From Octopus vulgaris (Eukaryota): a stretch of 64,000 bases of DNA. Both the position numbers and the translations under genes were made by a program. Below the pieces are notes generated by a model. That model made no database searches and was not told the origin of the DNA. It saw only the letters and a list, made by a program, of their open reading frames with translations. The stretch lies in the NCBI GenBank assembly GCA_951406725.2, contig OX597836.1:37138001-37202000 (forward strand). Reading direction: 5' to 3'. This document shows positions 53,165 to 64,000 of the stretch, one piece after another (position 1 is the stretch's first letter; every line of letters begins with the position of its first letter).

Positions 53165-53476
53165 AGTGGAGGCACATGGCCTAGTGGTTAGAGCAGTGGA
53201 CTCGCGGTCGAGGGATCGTGGGTTCGAATTTCAGACCGGGCGATGTGTGTGTTTATTGGGCGAAACACCTAAGCTCCACGCGGCTCCGGCAGAGGGTAAT
53301 GGCGAATTTCTGCTGACACTTTCGCCACAACTTTCTCTCACTCTTTCCTCCTGTATCTTGCAGCCCACCTGCGACGGACCGGCGTCCCGTTCAGGTGGGG
53401 AACCTATACGCCAAAGAAAACTGGAAAACCGGCTCTTATGAGCCAGACATGGCTCGAGAAGGAACAAACAAACAAC
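53165..53476 (+). mobile_element. SINE family C, full length
   Basis: 12-bp TSD ATGTCAACGTGT at 53153-53164 and 53477-53488; A box TGGCCTAGTGG, B box GGTTCGAAT; (AAAC)n tail. Confidence 0.93.
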
Positions 53477-54244
53477 ATGTCAACGTGTGGAGAGAACCGG
53501 TGCATTTGAATAGTATGCTATATCTATGATCCAACTGAGTTATCTCTCCTTACTTCAATTGTTCTCTTTTTACATATGTTGTCTTACCAAAAACAAAAGA
53601 CTATGAAAACATACCAGACAAAAATAATGGCCGTCGATATAATTGATCATAACTCTTCATGTCGGTGCCCTGTTGGCTGAAAGCAGTCAAGTATAAGATC
53701 AAAGACATATGTCTGCACATTAGTATGTTGATCCTCCACCCACCCCACTGACACACATATTGTATTGGTACTAAAAGTACTAATCGGAAAGTTTTTAAAA
53801 ATAACACTAAAAAAAAAAGATAATAAAATGTCTACCACAGTTTTCTGCAATGTGAACAACAACTGCGTAATAAAGCCACGGGAACAACTGAATCAACAGC
53901 GATAACTTATACTCAAAGAATAACAGTGACAGCAATAAAGATAAACGGTTCTAGCAATAGAAAAACGGGAGCGAAAAAAAAAAAGAATAATGACAATGAC
54001 ATTCAAAAGAAGCCAAAAATATAATTCTAAGAAAGCTATATTTATGACCCGAGTTGTTTGTGTTATTCATTGAATGGTCTTTTAGCATAGCAGCGAATTA
54101 GATCGAAACGATTGTCTCTGAGGAATTGGATATCATATATTTTACGTTTGGGTGTGGAGTTGGGCTTTTGGGGGGTTATATGTTTTTTTTTTGTTATTAT
54201 TTCATTTTATCTTTCTGTGAGACATTCGTGTTTTATTAGCACAG

Positions 54245-54571
54245 CATCTTCAACATAATCATCATTATCATTACCACCATCTTCATCATCATAATCATCA
54301 TCATTATCTTTATTATTTTTCATCATTATCCATCATCATTTCCTTCGCCATTATCATACTCCACCACCACCACTACTATCACCACTATCATCATCATCGT
54401 CGTCATCATCGACCTCATTCTCATCAGCATCAGTATCATCTTCATCATCACCGGCATCATCTTTGTCTTCATAATCGTTCTCATCATCTTCATCATTATC
54501 ACCATCAATATAGTCGTCATCAGCACCACGACCACTATCATCACCATCATCATCATCATCATCATCATCAT

Positions 54572-54623
<52 letters not shown>

Positions 54624-54836
54624 TTCGTCGTCGTCGTCGTCATCATTATCATGCTCGTCAACATCTGCATCATCTTCATCACCACCAGAATCATCTTTGT
54701 CTTTATAATCCGTTTCATCATCTTCATCAGCGTCATCATCTTCATTCTCAACATCATCTTCATCATTACCATGAACATATTCATCATCATCATTATCATC
54801 ATCATCACCATCATAATCATCATGATCATCATCATT

Positions 54837-54890
<54 letters not shown>

Positions 54891-54930
54891 GCCATCATAA
54901 TCATCATCACCAAAATCATCTCCACAATCA
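54245..54930. repeat. Degenerate (ATC)n tract with an internal ~70-bp duplication
   Basis: 54428-54495 resembles 54662-54729. Confidence 0.9.
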
Positions 54931-54939
54931 TGTGTGCAT

Positions 54940-55283
54940 GTGAGTTTGCGTTGGGGAACGTGCAACTACCTCTCCTCAGTCTGACTGGCATCTGGGTCAA
55001 GTGTCATTTACTATGATCTCGGACCGACGAAAGCCTTGTGAGTAGATTTGGTAACTGAACGAAGCCCGTCATATATGTGTGTGTTTATCTATTTGTGTCG
55101 TCGGTGTTTGTCACCCCATCACCGCTTGACAACCGGTGTTGGTGTGTTTACGTCCCCGTAACTTAGCCTTTTGACAAAAGACAACGATGGAATAAGTACT
55201 AGGCTTAACAACTAAGTCTTGGGGTCTAATTGCTCGACTAAATCTCCTTCAAGCTGGTGCTCCAGCATGGGCGCAGTCAAATG
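54940..55283 (+). mobile_element. SINE family A, diverged
   Basis: Body and tail align to 15913-16310. Confidence 0.8.
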
Positions 55284-56489
55284 ATTGAAGCAATTAAAAG
55301 AATAACTTCAGCCTTTCATAACACTTAATTCTTCATTCATCTTCGACGTAATGCTTTTCACGAAGTGTAAGAGTTATCTGCCCCTTCGAGTCACCAACTT
55401 ATTTTACATATTATTAACTTTGGAGCTGTTCTTGCTACTTGTATTGCCAATGGGGTCTCTTTCATATTAATAGGAATAAACATGATGAAGGTTTGGTTGA
55501 ATTGTTATGAGGTTAAGTTTCCCCGTAAGGTATCCATCATTGACATATCATATTCACGTATATCTGCACAGTCGAATCATTTAGTCAATCATTGTTAACA
55601 AAGCAATGCCGCGTAAGTAAAACAAAATTTAAATTATTGGTGTGAAGCATCTGCATGATGTAAACATTATAGGTTTCTCATACATGTGTGTTGTTAAACG
55701 CCTTTTAGCTGATACAGTTCGTGGAAGGGAAATCCCTTCAAAGATGTAGCGTATTGAAAAGCATGGTACACGAATTGCTGCTCCCGAGAACGAAAAACGT
55801 ATTGCCTCGAAGAACGAACAACGGTTATTGATATTTTGCTATTATTTCATCTCATCGACGAAGTATACTGTTTTTCAACACATTACGTGTTTTAAGAGAT
55901 TTTCGAAATACCGCCTCTAAAATGGTATAAAAACATACATACATTATGCGACTTCGAGAAATCGGTGTAGAATAATTTAATTGACGTCAGCAACAAACAA
56001 ATACCCTATGCCTCGGGAGTGCGAAGGATACTATAATTAATTTCTGAACCTGCTGCAACAAGAGTAGAGCCAAATTTCCTTCAGATTACAATCTGTCTTC
56101 ACAAAGAAGGAAAAGACAAATTACATAATGTAATTCAGGGGTAATTATTGAAAGACGAGATAGTCGCAGCTGGAATATTTTTCGTAGGCTTACTCGACCA
56201 TAATTAACGTAGTACTGAACAGCAGCAAGGGCAACAACATTACATGTGTGTTTCAAAAAAGATGAGATTTTTCAACGAAAAATTAATTGTAACAAAGTTT
56301 ATATAATCTGTTAACTATATAACTTGTTCAATAAGGACAAGAATAATTATAGTCTCTCATAAGAGGTTAGACTTTCAACCAATGATAAATTTCATTATAT
56401 AACATTTTCTTTATATAACTTGTTCAACAAGGACAAGAACACAAATGTCTCATATGTGACTGGCTGTTTTCAAACAATAATAAATTAAT

Positions 56490-56644
56490 TGTGATAAGGT
56501 TACGAACCACATGCTTCCGTGTTCAGTCCCACTGCGTGGCACCTTGGGAAAATGTCTTCTTCTATAGCCCCGGGTCGACCAAATCTATACACATATATAC
56601 GACGGGTTTCTTTCAGTTTCCGTCTACCAAATCCACTCACAAGG

Positions 56645-56708
<64 letters not shown>

Positions 56709-56931
56709 TGTGTGTGTATGTTTGTGTGTCTGTGTTTGCTCCCTAACATCGCATGACAACCGATGCTGGTGTGTTTACGCCCCCGTCACTTAGCGGTTCG
56801 GCAAAACCGACCGATAGAATAAGTACTGGGCTTACAAATACTAAGTCCTCGGTTCTATTTGCTCGATTAAAGGCGGTGCTCCAGCATGGCCACAGTCAAA
56901 TGACTGAAACAAGTAAAAGAGTAAAAGAGTA
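56490..56931 (+). mobile_element. SINE family A with an internal inversion
   Basis: Aligns to 15913-16310 except ~56584-56645, which is reversed. Confidence 0.88.
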
Positions 56932-57416
56932 AGGTCCATTATATAAATTATTCTAAAGACATTCTTCGGAGAATAGATGTTTCTCTCTAATCATTCCAGA
57001 AAACTCTGCCACACACATTTCTTGTTTGTAGGATTCGAAATCAGTATTCCGTATCAAGGAAATATCTATTCACTTCTGTGACCACATTTCTATTTAAGTA
57101 CACTCATTTAGTTTTCATTAATAAAGGCCTTCGATACAAACCTATACACAGAAACGTACACATACGCATACATATATACATGCATATATCGTATTAAATA
57201 TATATGCATGTATATAAGTATATACATGCATATTTATATGTACACGTGCACTCACGATTACATGTACATATCTGTACATGTATGCATATAAACATATATG
57301 TGTGTGTATATGTATATATGTATGTATACACATATATACGTATACACTCGCATATATATATATATATGCATATATGTAAAAAGTATGTCTAGTGAGTGTG
57401 TGTATACATACACACT

Positions 57417-57812
<396 letters not shown>

Positions 57813-58782
57813 AGCATTCCTTACACATGGAATGGTTTTTAGTTGGAGATTTCAGCCGTATTACGAAACTCTGCTCAGCATGGAAGCGTAACTTTAGGTA
57901 TTACAGAGTACATTATTAAATTTGGAGAAAACTTGATCGATAGTCAGCATAATGCGAAATCTGCAAATTCTGCCAAAAGTGGTGCATCGGTACAAGAGGA
58001 TCGAGGTAACGGCCTTGATATTCTATTTCCAATCGATCCAAACATACTCACATTAAAAAGCAAATAGCACGAAGAATAAAGCAAAAAGTGCATCCGTACA
58101 TAAGAATACCAATAATGTGAAAATTAATCTATTAAAAAATGCATGTTGATGATAGGAAAGTAAGTCCGCTGGGAGCGTTCGGAATGAGTGATATATGTAC
58201 TGATAGTGGTTTTCACCAATGCAATCGATGTATGTTAAAACAACAAAAGCAGCGAACAAAATATCCATAGCTGGCAGAGCGTAAAGCCTCTATTGAACTA
58301 CAATACAATAGAAAACCCATAGACGTTCGCCCACTCCATTTATCTATATATCTAAACCAATTACGTTACTACAGATGTATGCCTGCAGTTACAGACACAC
58401 AAACACGCCCGCTTCTGTATTGATTGTCGGATGGGGAAATCCCCTGGAAACAAGGCTGCTTCCAATATACCAATATAGTAAATACGGTGTGCACCAAAGC
58501 TGTTCTGTGTCGAAATGTAATGCGCCAGAATGATGCATTGGAGTCGCAGCGATTTAAATAGCAGATAAATCATTCAGCTCGTGGGATGATATTTCTTTCT
58601 CAATCCCAATGCTCTGAAACGATATGAGGGCGGCTTCTTCCCAGCGGTTCGCTTGATATTTTGAAGCTAAGTTTAAGGAGGGCTGTCTCTGAGAGTTTCT
58701 TGCTATAGTGATGGTGAGGAAACAATTGTAACTAACAATTAATGATGCGTTAAAGAATTTTCCTTGTGTTCTTTATTTCACT

Positions 58783-58826
<44 letters not shown>

Positions 58827-58861
58827 GCGTGTATGTGTGTGTATGTGTGTGTACATATATA

Positions 58862-58892
<31 letters not shown>

Positions 58893-58948
58893 GTATATAT
58901 ATAAATGAAAGAATGGAGTCGAACGACGATTTAACAAAATTCCTTTAT

Positions 58949-59029
58949 TCTCGACATATGTTTCGAAGACTGCATATTCTTAATTCCGAAGGAATAAAGG
59001 GTGCATTATGCCGTTTTCTCATCAGGAAA
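58949..59029 (-). ncRNA. Type I hammerhead ribozyme, canonical core, in a ~190-bp insert between TA arrays
   Basis: Minus strand: TTTC-CTGATGA-GAAAACGGCATA..TATGCAGTCTTC-GAAA-CATATG-TC-GAGA; 10 of 12 pairs in stem II, palindrome ACATATGT, GUC triplet. Confidence 0.82.
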
Positions 59030-59097
59030 GACAAGGAACTTATGTCAGCATCATGACGAACAAAAACTTTTAGATGACTGCCCGCACAGAGTTCATA

Positions 59098-59144
<47 letters not shown>

Positions 59145-59187
59145 TAAATGAAAGGCGGAATATGGACTATACGAGAATTTATTATCA

Positions 59188-59295
59188 ATCACGACAATTG
59201 TTTCGACACATCTAGCATCGATTCCTCATGTGTGGGATACTCAATACGATTGTTACAAGAGCATCAGGTGGTGCAGATGTATCTTGTCGGGTGAT
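59188..59295 (-). ncRNA. Type I hammerhead motif with degenerate core and long stem II
   Basis: Minus strand: ATCAC-CCGACAA-GATACATCT..AGATGTGTC-GAAA-CAATTG-TC-GTGAT; 5-bp stem I, 9-bp stem II base, palindrome ACAATTGT. Confidence 0.75.
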
Positions 59296-59697
59296 AAATA
59301 AATACAACTCGTTAAAATGACTGTTCCGTAATGTAACTTTCCGTTTTGTAGAAGGAAAAGTAGCCAGACGGAGGAAACATCTTCATTTATATCGAAGATC
59401 AAAAATACAATTGCAGATGACAAAACGAGAAACGGACACGCAATCCAGCGAGAAAAGTATTAAAAATAACCGTTAACTGATATGGATGTATAAACGCCCT
59501 CGAGCAAGCTGCTTGGCGCGAGTACACTCGCTCATACCAGCATCCGCAAAAATGTGAACATACGCACAGGTGAGGTTTGGTGCACTCATGATCACAAAGC
59601 TAGTTATCTATCTACGTGGTGTTTGTAAGAATGGGTTGGTTAAAAGTAAACTTAAGTCATCTATACCTTAAAGTAAATTAAATTAAGTTACGGTTAC

Positions 59698-60500
59698 TCA
59701 AAATCCAGTCCCACTGCATTGTGCGAAAGTACAATTACATGCATGTAGGCATCTCGGGAGCCGTTCAGAAATTCTATTAATGATCTTGTTAGTGCACAGA
59801 ATAGACAGGGTTTCCTCGGAGCAGAAACGGCATCTCCTGGAAATTATATTGTAAGGTTTTGCGTACTTTACTATGAACCAATTAATGCTGTACTTTATTT
59901 TATCCCCCTGCAGTCGCCATACATACTCTGCCAAAGATGTTGAATGTCTCTTGTTGATTATCTTAAAGCTGGTAACATTTTTACGATAGCGATTTTTAAG
60001 CATACGGCCCTCCCCTTGTATGCACAGTACATTTATATAAATATTGGTACTCATACAGGGATTCATCAAAGGACATTTCGATGTTTCTCTGCATGAGCAT
60101 TTATCGTATTTATTTGTATATAAGGCAGTCCCGACTCCATTTAGCGGCGTTGTTACTGTGTTAGCTGTATCATAAGTATTTCTACTACTACAAATTGGTC
60201 GTAGTCGGTGGTTATCATTGCGGTTGATATCATTGGTTGGTATTTAGATGCAAATGTTCGCTAGATCCAGTAGGTAGATTATTGAACATTTGGTACATTT
60301 TGCTGTTGTTTATGCGACGCATAAGCTGGTCTAAATTAGCAGAGTGGTGTAGGATACCTTCACGGTGTGTCGATTAAAAATAGTAAGATACCGATTAGGT
60401 TTAGGAAAACACTTGTCCAAAGCAGCAAAAAAATTTACCAGCGATCTTCGTTGAAACATGCAAACCGAAAATCGGGTTGAACCAGAGGACATCCTGATTC
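59698..60500 (-). pseudogene. Degenerate PLE ORF C-terminus (RT thumb plus GIY-YIG endonuclease)
   Basis: ORF-track peptides 60401-60646, 60331-60618 and 59698-60069 join across frameshifts; the middle of the GIY-YIG domain appears deleted. Confidence 0.85.
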
Positions 60501-60649
60501 TTGGATCTGTTGTTAGGCTTATTTGATTGATTGTGTAGTACAGGATTTGAACAAGCAGTCGGATTATTATGTCGCGTGAGTCTATGAGATTTCGTTGGTA
60601 GTTCATTGACATGACCAATACTTTCTGGCCTTTTCATTGACCCCAATGT

Positions 60650-60990
60650 TTCACTGGCATTTAATTTATCGACCCCGAAATAATGAAAAGCTAAGTCGAA
60701 CCCGGTGGAACTTGAACTCAGAACATTAAGACAAACAAAATGCTGTTAAGCATTTTGCCCGGCGTACTAACGATTCCGCCAGTTCGATGCCTTCGATAAT
60801 CATTTCTGCAATAATCATTTCTGCGAAAGTGGATCACATGATCTCAGTACTTGTCTGGTAATTAATTTATCGACCCCGAAAGGACGAAAGGGAAGTTCAA
60901 CCTCGGCGGAATTTTAACTCAGATCTTGCAGACGGATACAATACCGCTGAGTGTTTTGCCCGGCGAGATAATGATTCTGTCAGCTAACCA
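60650..60990 (-). mobile_element. Two SINE family B copies
   Basis: AATTTATCGACCCCGAAA..GAACTCAGA..TTTTGCCCGGCG, twice. Confidence 0.8.
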
Positions 60991-61429
60991 CGTTAATGTA
61001 ATTAGATAATGCGAAATATTTGTCCAAGGCATTTTCTGTAACATTTCCAACAGATATGGTATTAATTAATGAATAATTATAATGCTGGGTAACTGTTCTT
61101 TCTATTTGCCTTTCATATTTGTCTATGATATTGGCCTTTCAGATGACTCTCATTCTGGCCACGTCTTTCATCACGTTTGATTTGATAAAGCAAGTACAAG
61201 TAACATATATGGGCCAGTTTAATGAAAGTATCATTGTCAGTTGAGAATGTATGGGTTGACCCTTCATCATCAGCTTTCCATGTTGCACCGAAGCCAACTA
61301 GTGTGACTCTTTGTTGTTGCGCGATTAGTAACAAATATCAGTCATATTTCTTTCAGATCATAGTTTGCGCATTGCGATAATATATCTCGGGGTTATGCAA
61401 TACACACATACACAAATGAACCCACAAAC

Positions 61430-61487
61430 AAGCGCATATATGTATATGTGTGGGTATATAGGCTCATACATATATATAAGTAAATAA

Positions 61488-61522
<35 letters not shown>

Positions 61523-61555
61523 CATACGTATGTATGCATATGTATATGTATATAA

Positions 61556-61591
<36 letters not shown>

Positions 61592-61741
61592 GTATGTATG
61601 CATATGTATATGTATATAAGTGTGTAAATATATATGTGTGAATGTATATATATATACATTGTATATATATATACATGTATATATATATATATATATATAC
61701 ATGTATATATACATGTATATATATATATATATATATACATG

Positions 61742-61814
<73 letters not shown>

Positions 61815-61950
61815 ATATATGCATGTGTATGTGTGTGCGTTTATATTATTATATCTACACACACATACTCGATAAATCATTTTGATATGAAATATGTGTA
61901 TACAATATGTATATATAGTATATATATATATATATATACATGTATGTTTA
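61430..61950. repeat. Degenerate (TA)n tract
   Basis: Direct reading. Confidence 0.95.
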
Positions 61951-62355
61951 TTACCCTTATATCATATCAAATGATTTATCGAATTATCTGTCTATAACGT
62001 GCTAATTGCATTGTAGAAATCTAATGAAGTTTACAGTAGATCATTCGGCGAAATGGATAATTAAATTTTAAATAGTTGTATCGTTATTAGGTAATATCTA
62101 ATAAATGAATTTGCCAGACAATGGGTAATGATATTCGCCATTGTGTTAGATAATATATATATAGTTATTGATGTGAACGAAGACTCCATAAAGCATTTTT
62201 AGGTAATACTTTAAATACTTATTCTATCACTAGATGACATCATCGTATAGTAACTGGAGTTGATATAAATATTGGTGTATATTAAGAATTGGTAATTGGC
62301 GAAAGGAGGTGGAGCTTCCCTCGCGGTTGCTAGACAAGCTACAAGTAGCGATCCT

Positions 62356-62575
62356 ACTCTTACTCTTTTATTCTTTTAACCTGTTTCAGTCATTTGACTG
62401 CGGTCATGCTGGAGCGCCGCCTTTAGTCGAGCAAATCGACACCCAGGACTTATTCTTTGTAAGCCCAGTACTTATTCTATCGGTCTCTTTTTTGCCGAAC
62501 CGCTAAGTGACGGGGACGTAAACACACCAGCATCGGTTCTCAAGCAATGCTAGGGGGACAAACACAGGCACACAA

Positions 62576-62640
<65 letters not shown>

Positions 62641-62810
62641 CATATATACGACAGGCTTCTTTCAGTTTCCGTCTACCAAATCCACTCACAAGGCATTGGT
62701 CGGCCCGGGGCTATAGCAGAAGACACTTGCCCAAGATGCCACGCAGTGGGACTGAACCCGGAACCATGTGGTTGGTAAGCAAGCTACTTACCACACAGCC
62801 ACTCCTACGC
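62356..62810 (-). mobile_element. SINE family A, full length
   Basis: Near-identical to 7057-7481. Confidence 0.93.
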
Positions 62811-62977
62811 CTATTGATTTTAAATTACAAACTTCATCCAGAAGTAGGATACATGAAGTTATAAGGTATTCGAGTGCTTCAATAGTGATACAGATGAAAT
62901 GAGAATCGTTGGAAGGCTTTTGATGCTAAATCTATCTCTTAGGACTGATTTGCACTTAAAGTATAACTGACTTTCTC

Positions 62978-63365
62978 GAGTGGAGGCGCAATAGCCCAGT
63001 GGTTAGGGCAGCGGACTCGCGGTCATAGGATCGCGGCTTCGATTCCAGACCGGGTGTTGTGAGTGTTTATTGAGCGAAAACACCTAAAGCCCCCATGAGG
63101 CTCCGGCACTGGATGGTGGTGATCCCTGTTGTACTCTTTCACCACAACTTTCACTCACTCTCTTACTTCCTGTTTCTGTTGTACCTGTATTTCAAAGGGC
63201 CGGCCTTGTCACTCTCTGTGTCACGCTGAATATCCCCGAGAACTACGTTAAAGGTACACGTGTCTGTGGAGTGCTCAGCCACTTACACGTTAATTTCACG
63301 AGCAGGCTGTTCCGTTGATTCGGATCAACCGGAAACCTCGTCGGCGTAACCGACGGAGTGCTTCC
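62978..63365 (+). mobile_element. SINE family C head with a different tail, full length
   Basis: 15-bp TSD ATAACTGACTTTCTC at 62963-62977 and 63366-63380. Confidence 0.92.
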
Positions 63366-63871
63366 ATAACTGACTTTCTCAACTGATTCAGACACTGAAG
63401 CCAACGGGAAGATTTTTTCCCTATGTAATGTAAGAAAAGAATTCAACGCAAGTCAATGAAATCATGTTATTTTATTTAAATAGAATTTTGTTTCATCTCA
63501 GATATTAAAGTAGCATTTGATACATTTATCTTAAATGTATCTTAAAGGTTTGTGTTTGGGGTTGAATTTATGGCTTTCACATTTATGACTTTATGGCTTT
63601 CACATTTATGACTTGCCCTTCCTCTCTCTATAAATAGAAAAATTCTTGTATGTCTCCATTGAACCAAATAAGAAACCCCCTCCCCATTGATAAATCTAAA
63701 TAACAAAGTGAACTCAGTGATAAAATATCTGCCTATGGGGAAAGACCTTCTACTACCATGTTCTTAATGGTGAAATTAACCTCTCCGTCTATACATCTAC
63801 CCTTTTTGTAATGTTGGCAAATGGAATAGGTATAAAAATGTATATTGTCTATTTATTTTAAAAATTCTATA

Positions 63872-63949
63872 TGTGGCTGAAGATTGCTCTACATTTTAAA
63901 ACCGATGTAATACTTGCCTTGTTTAATAAAATGAAACGATTGTACTACA
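63872..63949 (+). ncRNA. Type I hammerhead motif, third copy of the 4408/4616 family
   Basis: TGTGG-CTGAAGA-TTGC...-GAAA-CGATTG-TA-CTACA followed by GGATATCCTTGTTGCTTATTTTGATT and (TA)n; the 3' strand of stem II is partly deleted. Confidence 0.62.
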
Positions 63950-64000
63950 CTACCTTGGATATCCTTGTTGCTTATTTTGATTATATATATACCTACATAT

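Larger units (their letters stand above)
59143..60646 (-). mobile_element. 5'-truncated Penelope-like element (RT thumb end, linker, GIY-YIG endonuclease, 3' UTR with hammerhead) ending in (TA)n
   Basis: Broken ORF motifs WFNPIF..KIAGKFF / LDKCFPK..IFNRHTVKVSY / CSCRETSKCPL..C / STSLAEYVW.L...W.I..AKPY..CRFC..E; hammerhead downstream on the same strand. Confidence 0.88.

Noticed and set aside
53165-53240. tRNA gene
   Set aside because: A and B boxes are present but no full cloverleaf; it is the head of a TSD-flanked SINE, as at 32884, 36314 and 62978
54065-54122. GAAACGATTGTC hammerhead 3' half
   Set aside because: No acceptable core or stem I, and no TA-array or family context
56241-56480. 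Possible Tc1/mariner remnant with a ~30-bp direct repeat
   Set aside because: No matching second TIR or coding remnant could be identified
58485-58535. THAP-like start (SCSVSKCN)
   Set aside because: A stop follows within a few codons and no further THAP residues are seen

Overview
AT-rich eukaryotic, repeat-saturated non-coding DNA. The SINE families and microsatellite load look like an octopod cephalopod genome (inferred from memory, not searched). I recognise no host-gene exon. Nearly all ORF-track entries are translations of (TA)n, (CA)n, (GATA)n, (ATT)n or (ATC)n microsatellites or of SINEs. The recognisable content is: (1) dozens of full and partial tRNA-derived SINE copies from four families, several with clear TSDs; (2) three Helitron-type elements with A|TC...hairpin-CTAG|T ends, one keeping a PIF1 helicase C-terminus; (3) a ~2.8 kb, 94-bp-unit satellite in which each unit starts with a Helitron-like 5' terminus; (4) two GG-terminal MITEs carrying telomere-like repeats; (5) a CR1/L2-type LINE 3' stub; (6) most notably, many short Penelope-like element (PLE) fragments and fold-back elements, mostly between (TA)n arrays. 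Reading by eye, these carry about 15 minimal type-I hammerhead ribozyme motifs with several different palindromic stem III sequences and variant catalytic cores, alongside degenerate PLE RT and GIY-YIG endonuclease remnants. All folds and coordinates were derived by hand; boundaries of degenerate copies are approximate.
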